Assembly: GCA_951406725.2 (NCBI GenBank)
Contig: OX597836.1
Location: 25,978,001 to 26,042,000, forward strand
Length of the DNA: 64,000 nucleotides
From: Octopus vulgaris
Taxonomy: Eukaryota
Direction: 5' to 3'
Position 1 is the stretch's first letter. Each line of letters opens with the position of its first letter. Shown here piece by piece: positions 1-12,956 of the stretch. Both the position numbers and the translations under genes were made by a program. The notes under the pieces were generated by a model, which was given only the letters and a program-made list of their open reading frames with translations, was not told where the DNA came from and made no database searches.

Positions 1-400
1 CTTAGGAGTTTGACACTCCCCATGAGAACAAAGTGATGCAGTTCTGATAATTTGGTGTTTCCTGGCATTTGGCCATAGTGTTCAAGAGTGTTTGATATTG
101 TCCCCCAAAACGCCGACTATCACAGTTACCGTTGTCGTTCTTAGAAGCCACATTTGTGAAGCTTCTATTTCAAGTTCCTTGTATTTCTGAACTTATTCAA
201 AAGTGTTACGGTCTGCTGTGGGTGACCAAACTATAAACAATCAGGCTTTGTCAACGCAGTTTTTAACCTTAGTATCTGGTCTATTGGCCTGCATAGTTCG
301 ATCAGTTTCAATACTAAACTCCCACCAGTTGCTCTTATACTGCAGTTCAAACTCATGGCATATGATGCAGTACAAATACTCGCCAAGTCTACCATGGCGA
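1..400 (-). mobile_element. Decayed 3' fragment of R4/Dong-like REL LINE
   Basis: Minus-strand translation gives RHGRLGEYLYCIICHEF..WWE/FSIETDRTMQANRPD and KELEIEASQMWLLRTTTVTVIVGVLG, matching the RH..TDR..NRPD..KY.L..E REL motifs; it has stops and a deletion. Confidence 0.8.
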
Positions 401-420
401 TTATTAATATCATCATCATT

Positions 421-760
421 CAGTAGTCTCATTTTTATCACGTGTTTTCACTGCACTACCAAGCGCAGCTCTGTGTGCCTTGGGTAAGTATTGTGGTTTG
501 CTGTGATACTCTTATGGTTACTTTACTGAAAGTGTTTTACGTAGGAAGTGTGCAGTGCCTAGTAGTGCTGTTTTTTGTATGTTATATATATTTGTTAGTC
601 CTGGTGTTTTTGTTATGTATTTGACTGAATATTTTATACCTAATGCACCTATTGCGATAGGAATTGTTTCCGATTTTAGACTCCACATTCAAGGTTTTTG
701 TGTTTTGAAAGTTTCTTCATTTCTTTTGGAGAAACATTGCCATCTGTTGATATTGATACG
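421..760 (-). mobile_element. 3' end of Dong-like LINE (REL C-terminus plus 3' UTR), same family as 16219-16718
   Basis: Reverse complement aligns with 16355-16718 (ETIPIAIGALG..TPGLTNIYNIQKTALLGTAH; UTR ccaaggcacacagagctgcgc). Confidence 0.85.
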
Positions 761-784
761 TCGATTATTATTATTATTATTATT

Positions 785-970
785 GAGTGAGAGAGCAGTT
801 CATGCTATCAAAGTGACACTGGGGTAAAATATACGATGCCCAATATACCCATCATGACTACCCGTCTGATAAGGGTACACCAGGCACTTGTATCACAACC
901 ATATGTGCGCGACATGGTGATCTCATATCAAGGTAAACAGCGCATGACCTTGCAGGTGGGGCCCAGTTAC
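785..970 (-). mobile_element. Probable 3' end of another non-LTR retroposon with (AAT)n tail
   Basis: Complex sequence abutting (ATT)n at 763-784; recalled as a dispersed octopus repeat; no second copy in window. Confidence 0.4.
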
Positions 971-1016
971 CCTTGTAATGTTCACCACATAACGCTTTTG
1001 CGGAATATAAAGAAAC

Positions 1017-1017
1017 G

Positions 1018-1113
<96 letters not shown>
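1017..1113. repeat. (ATT)n microsatellite
   Basis: Direct reading. Confidence 0.95.
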
Positions 1114-1115
<2 letters not shown>

Positions 1116-1993
1116 CGCAGCAGCAGCAACATCACTATCATCGTTGTGGTAGCTATTTTCTGTGAATGGCGGATTGGGGTACTCCGTAGAATAGAATTTA
1201 CCACGTTTTACTAGATAAAGAAAAGTATTACATTTTTTTTTTATAGTTTCATTTGCCAATTGAATAATATCAGCGTTCACTTTGCAATCTTGACTTGAGA
1301 AATTAATATTTCTTTCCTTAGACAATTGTTTTACTTTTAATATTTTTTTTTATCCGTATTTGAACATGGGTTCTTCTGGAGAAGAAGAAAGCATAGCCGC
1401 AAACGCAGCAGTAACATTTTTAGACAAAAAAGACAGATTTATTTTTTAAATAAAGTTAAAATTAAAATGACAGTTGCAAAGGCAGGCACATTGGGGAAAA
1501 AATATACTTTCGTAATTTATCACACATCAACGGTGATATTCAAACTTTTTTTTTAACAACGAACACAAAAAAAAAACCAATGTTATTTTGAATCAGCTCG
1601 TGTAAAAAAGGACTTGGAGAGGCATGTCACAAAAATGTTGTGCATCTTTGATGGTGGTTTTATCACGGAAAAAGCAAAGATGGAAGTGACATAGTTATAA
1701 TGTCTAAAAATGTGAGCACCTTCTATATGCCCCCGAAAGGATTAGAAGAGGCACTGGCCAATGTATGGAATGATATGTGCTCCGTGGATGGTAGTGGGAC
1801 GTAAGGAAGTTTATACTTGAGCTTGAAGATTGAGGGGCCGTGAGGAAATAGAAGGAGCTGGTGATGCAATATATACAGACACGAGTCATGAGAGAAACAA
1901 AAGAAGGGCAGTTGATGATCTCGTAATTAACACGTTATACATTAAGATCAGGTGGGGGTCCATCAGACGAGTTATACTGGGAAAAAATTGGTG

Positions 1994-2045
<52 letters not shown>

Positions 2046-2262
2046 GGGTGGCAAGCTGGTAGAATCGTTAGCACGCTGGGCGAAATGCTTAGCGGTATTT
2101 CGCCCGTCGCTACGTTCTGAGTTCAAATTCCGCCGAGGTCGACTCTTTGCTTTTCATCCTATCGAGGTCGATAAATTAAGTACCAATTACGCACCGGAGT
2201 CGATGTAATCGATTATCCTCCTCCCTAAAATTTCAGGCCCTTTGCCTATAGTAGAAAGGATT
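2046..2262 (+). mobile_element. SINE family A (tRNA-like head, core GGTCGACTTTGCCTTTCATCC..GGTCGATAAATTAAGTACC)
   Basis: A-box-like and B-box-like (GAGTTCAAATTCC) motifs; more than 15 homologous copies in window; flanked by (ATT)n. Confidence 0.9.
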
Positions 2263-2495
2263 ATTATTATTATTATTCTATGTTTGACTTTTGCTTTATG
2301 TCTGTACAAGTTGGCTCCAAGTCTCACCCAGAGACCTCAAGAGACAACAGGTTGGAAGTTCTGTGCCATATATTTGGGGTTTTTTTATGGTGTTGTACTA
2401 GTGAATGTCTAATACATAAAAATAAAAAATAAATAAATAAAAAATTAAAAAAAAAGTTTGTTTAAAACCTTGGGATTACATAGAGAGTATTTTGC

Positions 2496-2550
<55 letters not shown>

Positions 2551-3112
2551 TGAAGGTATTTCTATATCAATTTTATTTTAGGATGTATTATTATTCCCTC
2601 GTCTTGACAAACGATACATTTTTTTTTTTTAAAAACACTAACAAAAGAGACTAAATTACGCAGAAAAGAATAATGATAATAATAAAAAGAAAACAAAAAA
2701 TACTACAAATAAAACGGAAAAAATAATATGAATAAATCTAAAAACGACAATAAGAAGAGGAATTGACAGAGCATCTGGTTAAATTTTGGTTTTTTTTAAT
2801 TTTAGCATTTCTGCGTCTGAATTTCTCATTTTGAGTGAAGAATTTTAGTATCACGTGGTTAAAAAGCTGATAATAGATTGAAGAGAGGAAGGGAGGGAGG
2901 GAATGACAGAGAGAGAGCAGAAGGGGGGAATGAGAGAGATGGTGTGGGGTAGGGGGTGGAGAATCGATAATATGAAAGTTATTGATTGTGTCAGTTCTGT
3001 CTAAGTTATCTTATTGAATCTTGTTGCCGAAATGACAGCAGACGCGGCATTGGAAGGAAGTCGGTTATCCGTTGAAATGCGAACTCGACAAGGGCTGTCT
3101 GCTGTTGGGTTG

Positions 3113-3610
3113 TTGATGATTTTGATGATGATGATTTTGATGATGATGATGACGATGATGATGATGATGATGATGATGACGTCGATGATGACGACGACGA
3201 TGATGATTATAATGTTGGTGGTGGGAATGATGATGATAGTGATGGTGGTGGTGGTGGTGACGACGATGATGACGACGATGACGACGACGACGATGATGAT
3301 TATAATGTTGGTGGTGGGATTGATGATGATAGTGGTGGTGGTGGTGGTGGTGGTGGTGGTGGTGGTGATGAGGAGGAGGAAGAGGAAGGGGATGAAGTGG
3401 AAGAGAATACTTGTAAAAATTTTAAAAAACGTGAGGATAGTGATGATGATGTTCTTGTTTGCTTGTTCTTCACAATGATAGTGATGATGATGATGATGAT
3501 GACGGCGGCGACGGCGGCGGTGGCAACGAGGACAGCGTCAGCAGCGGTAGTAGTTGCCTAAATGATGCTGATGATGATAATGATTACGATGATCATGATG
3601 GTGGTGGTGT
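3113..3610. repeat. Compound GAT/GAC/GGT/GAG trinucleotide low-complexity tract with an internal ~90-bp duplication
   Basis: gatgatgattataatgttggtggtggga(a/t)tgatgatgatagt occurs twice (~3199 and ~3292). Confidence 0.85.
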
Positions 3611-4151
3611 TAGCTTACAATAAAAAAAAAAGAAACAAAACTATAGGTTTGATTATTTCCAAAGTTCTCAATATCAAAAGCAACTACCGAAGGATCAAAT
3701 AGAACGAATAACAAACACGTGATGTGGTTTAGCCAACATTATTGTTGGGTTGAGCAATCAAGGGAGGCAACTGAGAAGATTGTTCTCCGCTGACTTCATC
3801 AGCGGAGGACAATCTTTATAACTGACTGCTGCTCCCGTAGTTACTAACATACTACAAAGAAATATTTGTTACTAAAAAGTTCATTAGTGCCAGCACTAAT
3901 GAGATTATTGGATAATTTAATTATAAAGGGGTGCACCCACTGCATAATTAACTAATTGAATGGTAGTTTAATAATTAATAACTTTCTGCAATTAATGCGA
4001 CTGTGATTATTTCTGAGGTTATTTCTCTGGTGGGTTCCGATGATTAAAATAGTCGAAATAATGAAATAACGAAACCCGTAATATTATATAATTAATAAAT
4101 TATATAAGCAAATCTAGGGGAACATATGCAAATAAGGTATACAATTTTAGA

Positions 4152-4343
4152 CATGGCTGTGGGCTAAGTAAGCATGCTTTCCAACTACATGATTCCGGGT
4201 TCAGTCCCGCTGCGTAGCATTTTGCGTGAGTAACTTCTACCTTGGGATTTAGCCGTAGAAAGCAACCCCAGCAGGAATTATTCTTTGTAAGCCTAGAACT
4301 TATTTTATCGGTCTTCTTTGCCGAACCGCTATGTTACGGGGAC
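4152..4343. mobile_element. SINE family B head (+) fused to SINE B tail (-)
   Basis: 4152-4240 matches the B head (ggttcagtccc); 4265-4343 matches the reverse complement of the B tail. Confidence 0.7.
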
Positions 4344-4905
4344 AACATACATACATACATACATACATACATACATACATACATACATACATACATACAT
4401 ACGTACGTACGTATGTATGTATGTATGTATGTATGTATGTGTATATAAGTAAATAGTTGGTTAAATAAGAGGCAACACGGTGTAAAGCAACTTGGGTGGA
4501 ATAAAATCTACAGGTTAATTTTGTTCGAAAGCACCGGTTTATTCGTGATAGAAATAATACGATAGCGGAGGCCAGTTGGCAATATTAATTCACAAATTAC
4601 AGGGTTATGTATGATTTCTGAAAACTGAGACGCGAATTGTTAAGGTGAAGGTGGTATAAGTATGGACATAGTCAGAAAGTAAGAGACCGTTAGAGTGTAA
4701 GGAAGAGGGGAAAATGAGGGTCAAGAGAAAGAGAGAGAGAGAGGTGTAGAGGAAAAGAGGAAGTAGTGGAAAGAGGGAAGGGGATAATGCAGTAAATAAA
4801 AGGAAAGCGAGAGCATCACTTTCAATGCCCTTCACTATACGGTGAAATAGGAATAGAGAACAGATTGCGTAGTTTAAATAATATGTGTATGTGTGAGTGT
4901 GTCCC

Positions 4906-4972
<67 letters not shown>

Positions 4973-5081
4973 ATTCATTTATATATATTTATACATATAG
5001 CTTTATCGATATATAGATATACATGTGTATATATATATATACTAATATATATACATATATACATACATACACACACACACC

Positions 5082-5156
<75 letters not shown>

Positions 5157-5982
5157 GTGTGTGTGTGTGTAAATATGTGTACATACACACACGTGTATGC
5201 ATATCTGTAGATTTTGATGATAGAATTAGCAGCCATGTCAGCAATCTTTTCTTATTAACTGATTTTTCTTGGCAGAGGGCAAGAAAGAAACACATACACT
5301 AACATACGCACACACACACACACACACGTACGCGCATATTTACACAATGGCCTCTACGGACAGTGATACGCATCAACACACACACACACTCACACATACA
5401 TATGCATATACGTGTGCACATACATATATGCATATATGTGCGCAAACAACCATCCACTCTCAAATACGCATGCAACTACTTAACAACGCCTCCATACACA
5501 ACGACGCAGGGTTACACAATTCTGCTCGTAAGATAACACATACATAGACACACATTCACATAGGAAACTCACAGACGCAAATACATAAGGATACACGCTC
5601 TTACAAATACTTTCCCGTTTATAACTCTAAAGAAAATGGCCATTTCAACCTAATTAGGTCTCATCAACTATAATAAATCAGTATATAACAATACGCTGGT
5701 ATATTATAATACACTGATAGCCAATTGAAATGTCTGTGCTACAAGTCTATAAATTTGCGCTTTAGATGTAAGGAACCATTATTTTCATTGGCATTCGTTT
5801 TCCTTTTATAGATGTTCTTTATGCCAAACGACCGAAGGTGCATGACTTAGTGGTTATAATGCCGCGCTCGCGATTGTAAGGTCATTGATTCAATTCCAGG
5901 ACCAGGTAGTGTGTTGGGTAGTGTGTTTAACAAGATAATTCTATTCACATTGCTTCAGTTTACTCTGGTGACAATGAGTACC

Positions 5983-6212
5983 TATTTCTTTATTACCCAC
6001 AAGGGGCTAAACATAGAGGAGACAAACATGGACAGACATAGGTATTAAGTCGATTATATCGACCCCAGTGCTTAACTGGTACTTAATTTATCGACCCCGA
6101 AAGGATGAAAGGCAAAGTCGACCTCGGCGGAATTTGAACTCACAACGTAACGGCAGCCGAAATACCGCTAAGCATTTCGCCCGACGTGCTAACGATTCTG
6201 CTAGCTCGCCGC
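5983..6212 (-). mobile_element. SINE A, full length, inserted in a decayed SINE C
   Basis: 18-bp flanking direct repeat ctggtgacaatgagtacc at 5965-5982 and 6213-6230. Confidence 0.92.
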
Positions 6213-6591
6213 CTGGTGACAATGAGTACCGCTCATGGCGCAGCTTTGTCTCCCACCATTTGTCATATCCCTGATGTTCTACTGAGTTAGGGAATAGAAA
6301 GGCTTGCAAGGTATCCATAGCTGCTCTTGACTGCAAAGATACGTGAAACAAGTGAAGAAACCATGGCAAAAGTTAGCCAGTCTTATTCGCTTGCAAGTGA
6401 CGGTTAACCTGTAATATACGTCATGTGCTCACTATTATTGCCATTCTCTTCATTCTTTTTGTACTTCCTGTTACTGATGTTCCACATCCTGTTGTTGCTG
6501 CAGCAACCATTATTCTTGTCGTTGTTGTTGTTGTTGTCGTCGTTGTTATTCCTGTTGTTAGATGTAGTGGTGAAAATTGTTTTGTTATTAC

Positions 6592-6922
6592 TCATGGCTC
6601 AGTGGTTAGAGCGTCGAGCTTACGATCGTGAGGTTGTGAGCTCGAATCCCGGACCGGGCTGCGTGTTGTGTTCTTGAGCAAGGCACTGTATTTCACGTTG
6701 CTCCAGTTCACTCAGCTGTAGAAATGAGTTGCGACCTCTCTGGTGCCAAGCTGTATTGGCCCCTTTGCCTTTCCCTTGGATAACACTGGTGACGTGGAGA
6801 GGGGAGGCTGGTATGCATGGGCGACTGCTGGTCTTCCATAAACAACCTCGCCCGGATTTGTGTCTAGCAGGGTAACTTTCTAGGTGCAATCCCATGGTCT
6901 GTGTCATGACCGAAGGGGGTCT
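6592..6922 (+). mobile_element. SINE family C (tRNA-derived, CORE-like central domain)
   Basis: A box TGGCTCAGTGG, B-box-like GCTCGAATCCC, gtgttcttgagcaaggcac core; homologues at 39953 and 47163. Confidence 0.9.
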
Positions 6923-7050
6923 CCTGCTGTTGTTAGTCTTCCTACTTCATTGTTTTTCTATTTGTGCTTATTATTGTGATTATATTTATCATTATATCTT
7001 ATATCGTATTATAACTTTTATCATTATTATTCCTCTTACTCGCCTTTGTA

Positions 7051-7263
7051 AGGCAGCGAGTTGGAAGAATCATTAGCACGCCGGGCAAAATATTATGAGA
7101 TATTTCGCCCGCCGCTACGTTCATAGTTCAAACTGCACCGAGGTCGACTTCACCTTTCAACATTTTGGGGGTCGATAAATTAAGTACCAGTGAAACACTG
7201 GAGTGGATGTAATCGACTATACTCCTACCCCAAATTTCAGGCCTTCTGCCTATAGTAGAAAGG

Positions 7264-7266
<3 letters not shown>
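7051..7266 (+). mobile_element. SINE A with (ATT)n tail to 7339
   Basis: Homology to other A copies. Confidence 0.85.
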
Positions 7267-7340
<74 letters not shown>

Positions 7341-7778
7341 ATGTACTGCTATTATTGTTCTTCTTAGTATTATTAACATTGCTGCTGTTATGATGTAACT
7401 GTTATTCTCACCACCATCATCCTCATATCGTCCTCATCATCACTACAATAATTATACAACGCTAAAACCTACCAGAAACGCAAAGACCGCTGCACCGCTT
7501 TGTTCGACAGTGATAAGCCGCAAACCGCCCATTAATATGACGTCTCTAAGAATTGTATTATCTGCTGTTATAAGGCAACTATAAATAAGTACTAAGCATC
7601 ATTCGAAACGGCTCCAATTTAACATACAGTAAATACTAGCTGCTCTGACATCCAAATATTTATGAACGTCTGACGTTCTTTGAGTCTCCTATATTTCATG
7701 TTAACTATTTTCTTATATAGATATGCACTCATATATGTGTATATATATGCATACATGTATACATACACACACACACAC

Positions 7779-7811
<33 letters not shown>

Positions 7812-8009
7812 TGTATGTATGTATGTATGTATGTATATACAGATACGTGTTTTATCAGTAATTTGTGTGAAACTCTCGACCGCTGAGTCACTGACAATCA
7901 TATGGTGATCATTAATAAAGAAGTATACATGCTCGTGTTTTGCATTTTGTTTCCCTGTCCGCATCACCAAACCTATATTTACACCCAAACACATACACAC
8001 ACACACGCA

Positions 8010-8089
<80 letters not shown>

Positions 8090-8262
8090 CATACATATGT
8101 TAGTGAGTGAGTGATGAATGACTTACTGACTGAGTGTGTTTGTGTGTATGTAAGGTGAATCCTATCTAATCAAGTAAAATAAAGTAATTGTAGAAATGGT
8201 TGCCTGTGTCCACCAGACAGTTACTACGTCAGTAACAATATTGTATATAAATGTTCTGCATA

Positions 8263-8678
8263 TAGGCGAAAGAGTGGTTGTGTGGTAAGAAACTTGCTTC
8301 CGAAACGCATTGTTCCGGGTTCAGTCCCACTGCGTGGGACCTTGGGCTGAACAACACCTTGTGGGTGGGGCCGACCAAAACTTTGTGAATGGATTTGATA
8401 GACGGGAACTAAAAGGAGCCCATCGTATATATATATATACATATATACATATAAATACATATACATGTATTTATCTGTGTCTGTGTTTGTCCCCCCACCA
8501 TCGCTTGACAAATGATGGTGTGTTTACGTTCCCGTAACTAGCGGTTCGGCAAAACATACCGATGGAATAAGCACTAGGCTTACAAATTATGATTCCTGGG
8601 CTCGATTTATTCGACTAAAAGCTGGTGCTCCAGCATGGTCACAGCCAAATCACTGAAACAAGTAAAATAGTAAAATAG
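8263..8678 (+). mobile_element. SINE family B, full length, with internal (TA)n
   Basis: Head gtggttgtgtggtaag..ggttcagtccc; tail ccagcatggtcacagcc..ctgaaacaagtaaaa; matches reverse complement of 45071-45491. Confidence 0.88.
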
Positions 8679-9362
8679 CATATAGACTAGGAAATGTTTA
8701 CGGTTAAAATGGGGCAACCTCACATGGCTTTAAATGTAGATACTATAACCATATTCACAACTTTAGGGATAGAAATAAAGCTGACTCTACATCTTTAGCT
8801 AATTTCCTCTGGGTGCTTATAACATCGAGTATAACATTCCTGGTCTATTATATGCAAGGCACAACGTACAAATGTAGTAATGATTTCTATACGAAATAAT
8901 TACGTGCAAATCGAAATTTCTATCAACCAAAGAGATGACATATAAATATAATTGCTCGCATTTGTACTGCATGTCCTCCATACACAATACCAAAAGTTAA
9001 TGTAATAGCGTCATTAAATACATGATTCACATAACTATTACTGGAAGCCTTGTAAGTATATTATTGCTCCTATCTTCATTATTTCCAGATTTCTATTCTC
9101 TTTTCCTACCGTTGTTTACTGTAATTAGTTTATGTAATCTCAGTCCGACTGAGCTAATACGATCAGCAATTTAGCATTACCCTATTTAGAGAATAATGAC
9201 ATGTAAGGGTTTTGATTGTCGGATATCTTTAATCTTTAATATATCAACTAGTTACCTAATATCATGTCTCATATATGTATATATATATATACACGCACAT
9301 ACATACATACATGCGTACATACATACATACAGACGGACGAACGGACAGACAGTCAGATAAAT

Positions 9363-9363
<1 letters not shown>

Positions 9364-9436
<73 letters not shown>
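9364..9436. repeat. (GATA)n microsatellite
   Basis: Direct reading. Confidence 0.95.
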
Positions 9437-9781
9437 TAAAACACAAATGGAAAGGCAAACAATTTGGTAAGACAGGACAATGACATTTAACTTAGCGATA
9501 GAATAAAAAGGTATATACATCCTATAACTAAATTAAAGGTCCTTGTCAAGTCTTGCCAAACCGTTTGCCATTTCATTCCTGTTTTATTCTATACCTACCT
9601 ACTCAAGGGGAAGCCACTTCTAACCGCTTTGGAAAGACAGTTACAAAGTCACATGTTCAACTGCAGTTCAAACTAGAATTTTAGTGGCACACCAGACTGA
9701 GCACTCAGATATTGTATACCTATTAGTTCGAGTCACCTGACGCGAAAATTCATCGTATCTTTTGCGTGTGTATATAAATAA

Positions 9782-9816
<35 letters not shown>

Positions 9817-9978
9817 CATACATACATACATACATACATACATACATACATACATACATACATACATACAGAAATCCCTCGCCACATCGCGGTTCACCGA
9901 TCGTGGTTTATTTATTTAAGTTTACGTTGTTTCATCTGTGGTGTTGTTTTGCATTTATAATAAAATTAAAAGCATTAA

Positions 9979-10197
9979 ACCTTTAGCATTTAACCGGACA
10001 TATCAGGCTTAAATATTCTACTTATTTTATGTTGAACTAGGCCTGATCCAGCTTTTGACACCAAGCCTACAATGCCGTTCTAAAATTAAACCATCACATC
10101 ATTGAGATATCAAAACTATAAGATAATGCGTGATTGATTCAAAACAATATGAATAAATAAGTGTTATATATAACAGAATCATCAAAATTCTAAATGG
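9979..10197. mobile_element. piggyBac-like MITE
   Basis: TTAA at 9975-9978 and 10198-10201 flanking imperfect TIRs acctttagcatt / aattctaaatgg. Confidence 0.65.
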
Positions 10198-10439
10198 TTA
10201 AACAAACATTTAGATCAAAAGGAAAATGAGGAAAGCTTCTAGCAATGCAGAGATGAAAGCTGAAAATCAACTTCAGATGGGCCTTTGTGCTCGAAATACA
10301 TAAGGTTTTTAAACTTTCATTTCTGGAATAATAGAAGCTTTCTCCATCTACCTTTTCATTTATTATTCTAATTCTGTATTACAATGATTCAGTCAAACTA
10401 CAACACTCTTCAAATATTTAGATCAGTTCAAACTATTGA

Positions 10440-11090
10440 TCTTTTTGATTGTATTGTAACTAGTGATGAAAATATATTCTATAGAACAGCTGACGGTGTT
10501 CTTCGCAGCGACTGGAACCTAGAAAACATTAAGCGATTTTATCAGAATCAAAGCTGACCTTAGAGAATTTCTTATACATTGGTTGTCAGCAAGTTAGTCT
10601 ATTTCTTGAATCCCGTTGAAACTATCACAACAGACAGGTGTTGCGAGGACATCGGGAAAATAGTGCGAAAAGTACAGCGTTTATGTCTGGCATTGGTCAT
10701 CAGCAAAGAATTCTTCTCCATAATCCTTGCAAGAATATGTGTCTACTACCTAATAATGCGTTAGAAGTTCGGTGAGTTGGGCTGGGAAACTCTGCCTCAA
10801 CCACCTTACTCTCCAGGCCTCACCGCTACCGATTTCCATCTTTACAAACATCGAGATTATTTGCAGTAAGAAGAGTTTTGAACGACGAAGCGGCGGCTCA
10901 AAGTACCTTCAAAGAATTCATTGATTCCAGAAATACAGAATTCTCTGCTACTAGAATAGACTTGTTTGTGATTGCCATGAAACGGTAGATTTTAATGGTT
11001 GGTAATTTAATTAATAACATTTATTTCGAGCTGAGATATATAGCTTTAAAGTTGATGGGTAAACTGCAATAAGTTTTTTTCACCGGACAC
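10440..11090 (+). mobile_element. Decayed mariner (Tc1/mariner) transposase 3' half and right TIR
   Basis: DCIVTSDE (cf. DRIVTGDEKW), LGWETLPQPPYSPGLTATDFHLYKH (cf. HPPYSPDLAPSDFHLF), TIR-like aaactgcaataagtttttttcacc. Confidence 0.85.
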
Positions 11091-11151
11091 ACACACACAC
11101 ACACGCAGATATGCACATAAACATATACATAGAAATATGTATATGTATTTA

Positions 11152-11234
<83 letters not shown>

Positions 11235-11400
11235 GAAATTTATAGAATGGTAAAAGACGAAGACAGGTGTATGAACAACAACCAAGTGTAATACTTTGAC
11301 GTTCATGTAAAAGTACACATACATAGACACGCACATACATACACCAGTTTATTTATACAAATCTGTATGTACATGAAAACATGTATATACAAGTGCATCC

Positions 11401-11480
<80 letters not shown>

Positions 11481-12101
11481 GTATATAGTATATATAGAAG
11501 GACAGAAAGACAGAGAAAGAGAGTGACATATGTCTGTATATGTGTATGTACATATTCCAGAGTTGGTTATAAAGTTTATTTCCAGCCTCTATTATGTTTT
11601 ATATCACTTATAAAGAGAATGTGGAAGTGTCGAGTAGATCTGTCTTGTTTTCCATCGTAATAAAATTAAGTACAAAATAAAACCAAGCACAATGTTCACG
11701 TCTTCCTTCCGAAATATCCACATAAAACCACGTAATCCAATATATTTTAGCTAGTATCATTATAGGTTAACTTATTTCTCTCCTTTGTATGTACATGGTA
11801 TCGAAGAGATGTTAATTAAATCAGATAATGTAAGCACTAGATATACTTACACATTGCTTTTGTGCTGTTAATAATACAGTAGCTATTTCATATGGTTTGC
11901 TACAAGAAATACTCATAAGAGTTGGATGTCTAAGCTGACTATCTATAGAAATTTAGATTCGTTATTCAGATTAGTTATGTTCTATAACAAGACTGGAGAA
12001 ATTTCTTCTTTTGCTTGCTAATTCTGGAAGAAGGAACACAGCCCATGATCTTTTAAGGCCCTCCGATCATTGAGATTAATGCCGTTAAGGATCTGTTTAA
12101 G

Positions 12102-12200
12102 CTTCTTTACTTAGGTTGAGCCAGCTCCGACCAACTTCTTTACTTAGGTTGAGCCAGCTCCGACCAACTTCTTTACTTAGGTTGAGCCAGCTCCGACCAA
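12102..12200. repeat. Perfect tandem repeat, 3 x 33 bp
   Basis: cttctttacttaggttgagccagctccgaccaa at 12102, 12135 and 12168. Confidence 0.95.
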
Positions 12201-12848
12201 CGAGTCCCCCACGTCCGTCATGAATACTCACCATCTCTTTCGGTCGGTCACAGTCGTGGCTGTAATGGATATCTCACTTCCGGTTTCGTTTCACTGCCGA
12301 AGTCAATAGAAACGGAGGCCCGATTGTGCTTCTACGTCCACCTTTAAAATGCTGTCAGTCAACACTTGCATGAAGGACATGAGATGGGACTAGGTTCCAG
12401 AGGGTCGAACTTCTGTGGAGGAAGGACTGACACTATGGTTAGTGCAAGGCCTAATGGGTCAGACACAACAGGACTGACAAGACTGGAAGAGACTAGAGGG
12501 TTGGAAACGCCTGAATAGAGGGGACAAGCGCATCGGTCAGCATTAGAGAAACAGAGATCATTATACTTGTGATAGAAAAGACAGAGAGGAGACTGTGAGC
12601 CCAATCATAGATAAAACTTTCGATCACGTGGTTTTGCATTTTATTGACTACATAGTGACATATAAGAATTAAAGAGATTTTATAAGCATACTCACGCCCA
12701 CACACGCATACATGCACACACACATAGATATATTTGTGTGTGTATGTATGTATATTTATATGTAAGTATATTTATATGTATGTATATATGTGAAAACAGA
12801 AAGATGAACAGACAGATAGATATATCGATAGACAGACATACAGACATG

Positions 12849-12956
<108 letters not shown>

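Noticed and set aside
858-1325. Non-repetitive N-terminal part of the 155-aa minus ORF as a host exon
   Set aside because: TTG start, runs into a microsatellite, no recognisable domain
3014-3478. 154-aa Met/Val-rich ORF and alternative Asp/Gly-rich or His-rich frames
   Set aside because: Trinucleotide low complexity keeps several frames open; no splice or domain support
6592-6665. tRNA gene (also at 42088 and 47420)
   Set aside because: A and B boxes are present, but the sequence continues into a multi-copy SINE body and no full cloverleaf was found
12102-12200. 33-bp repeats as a CRISPR array
   Set aside because: No spacers, no cas genes, eukaryotic context
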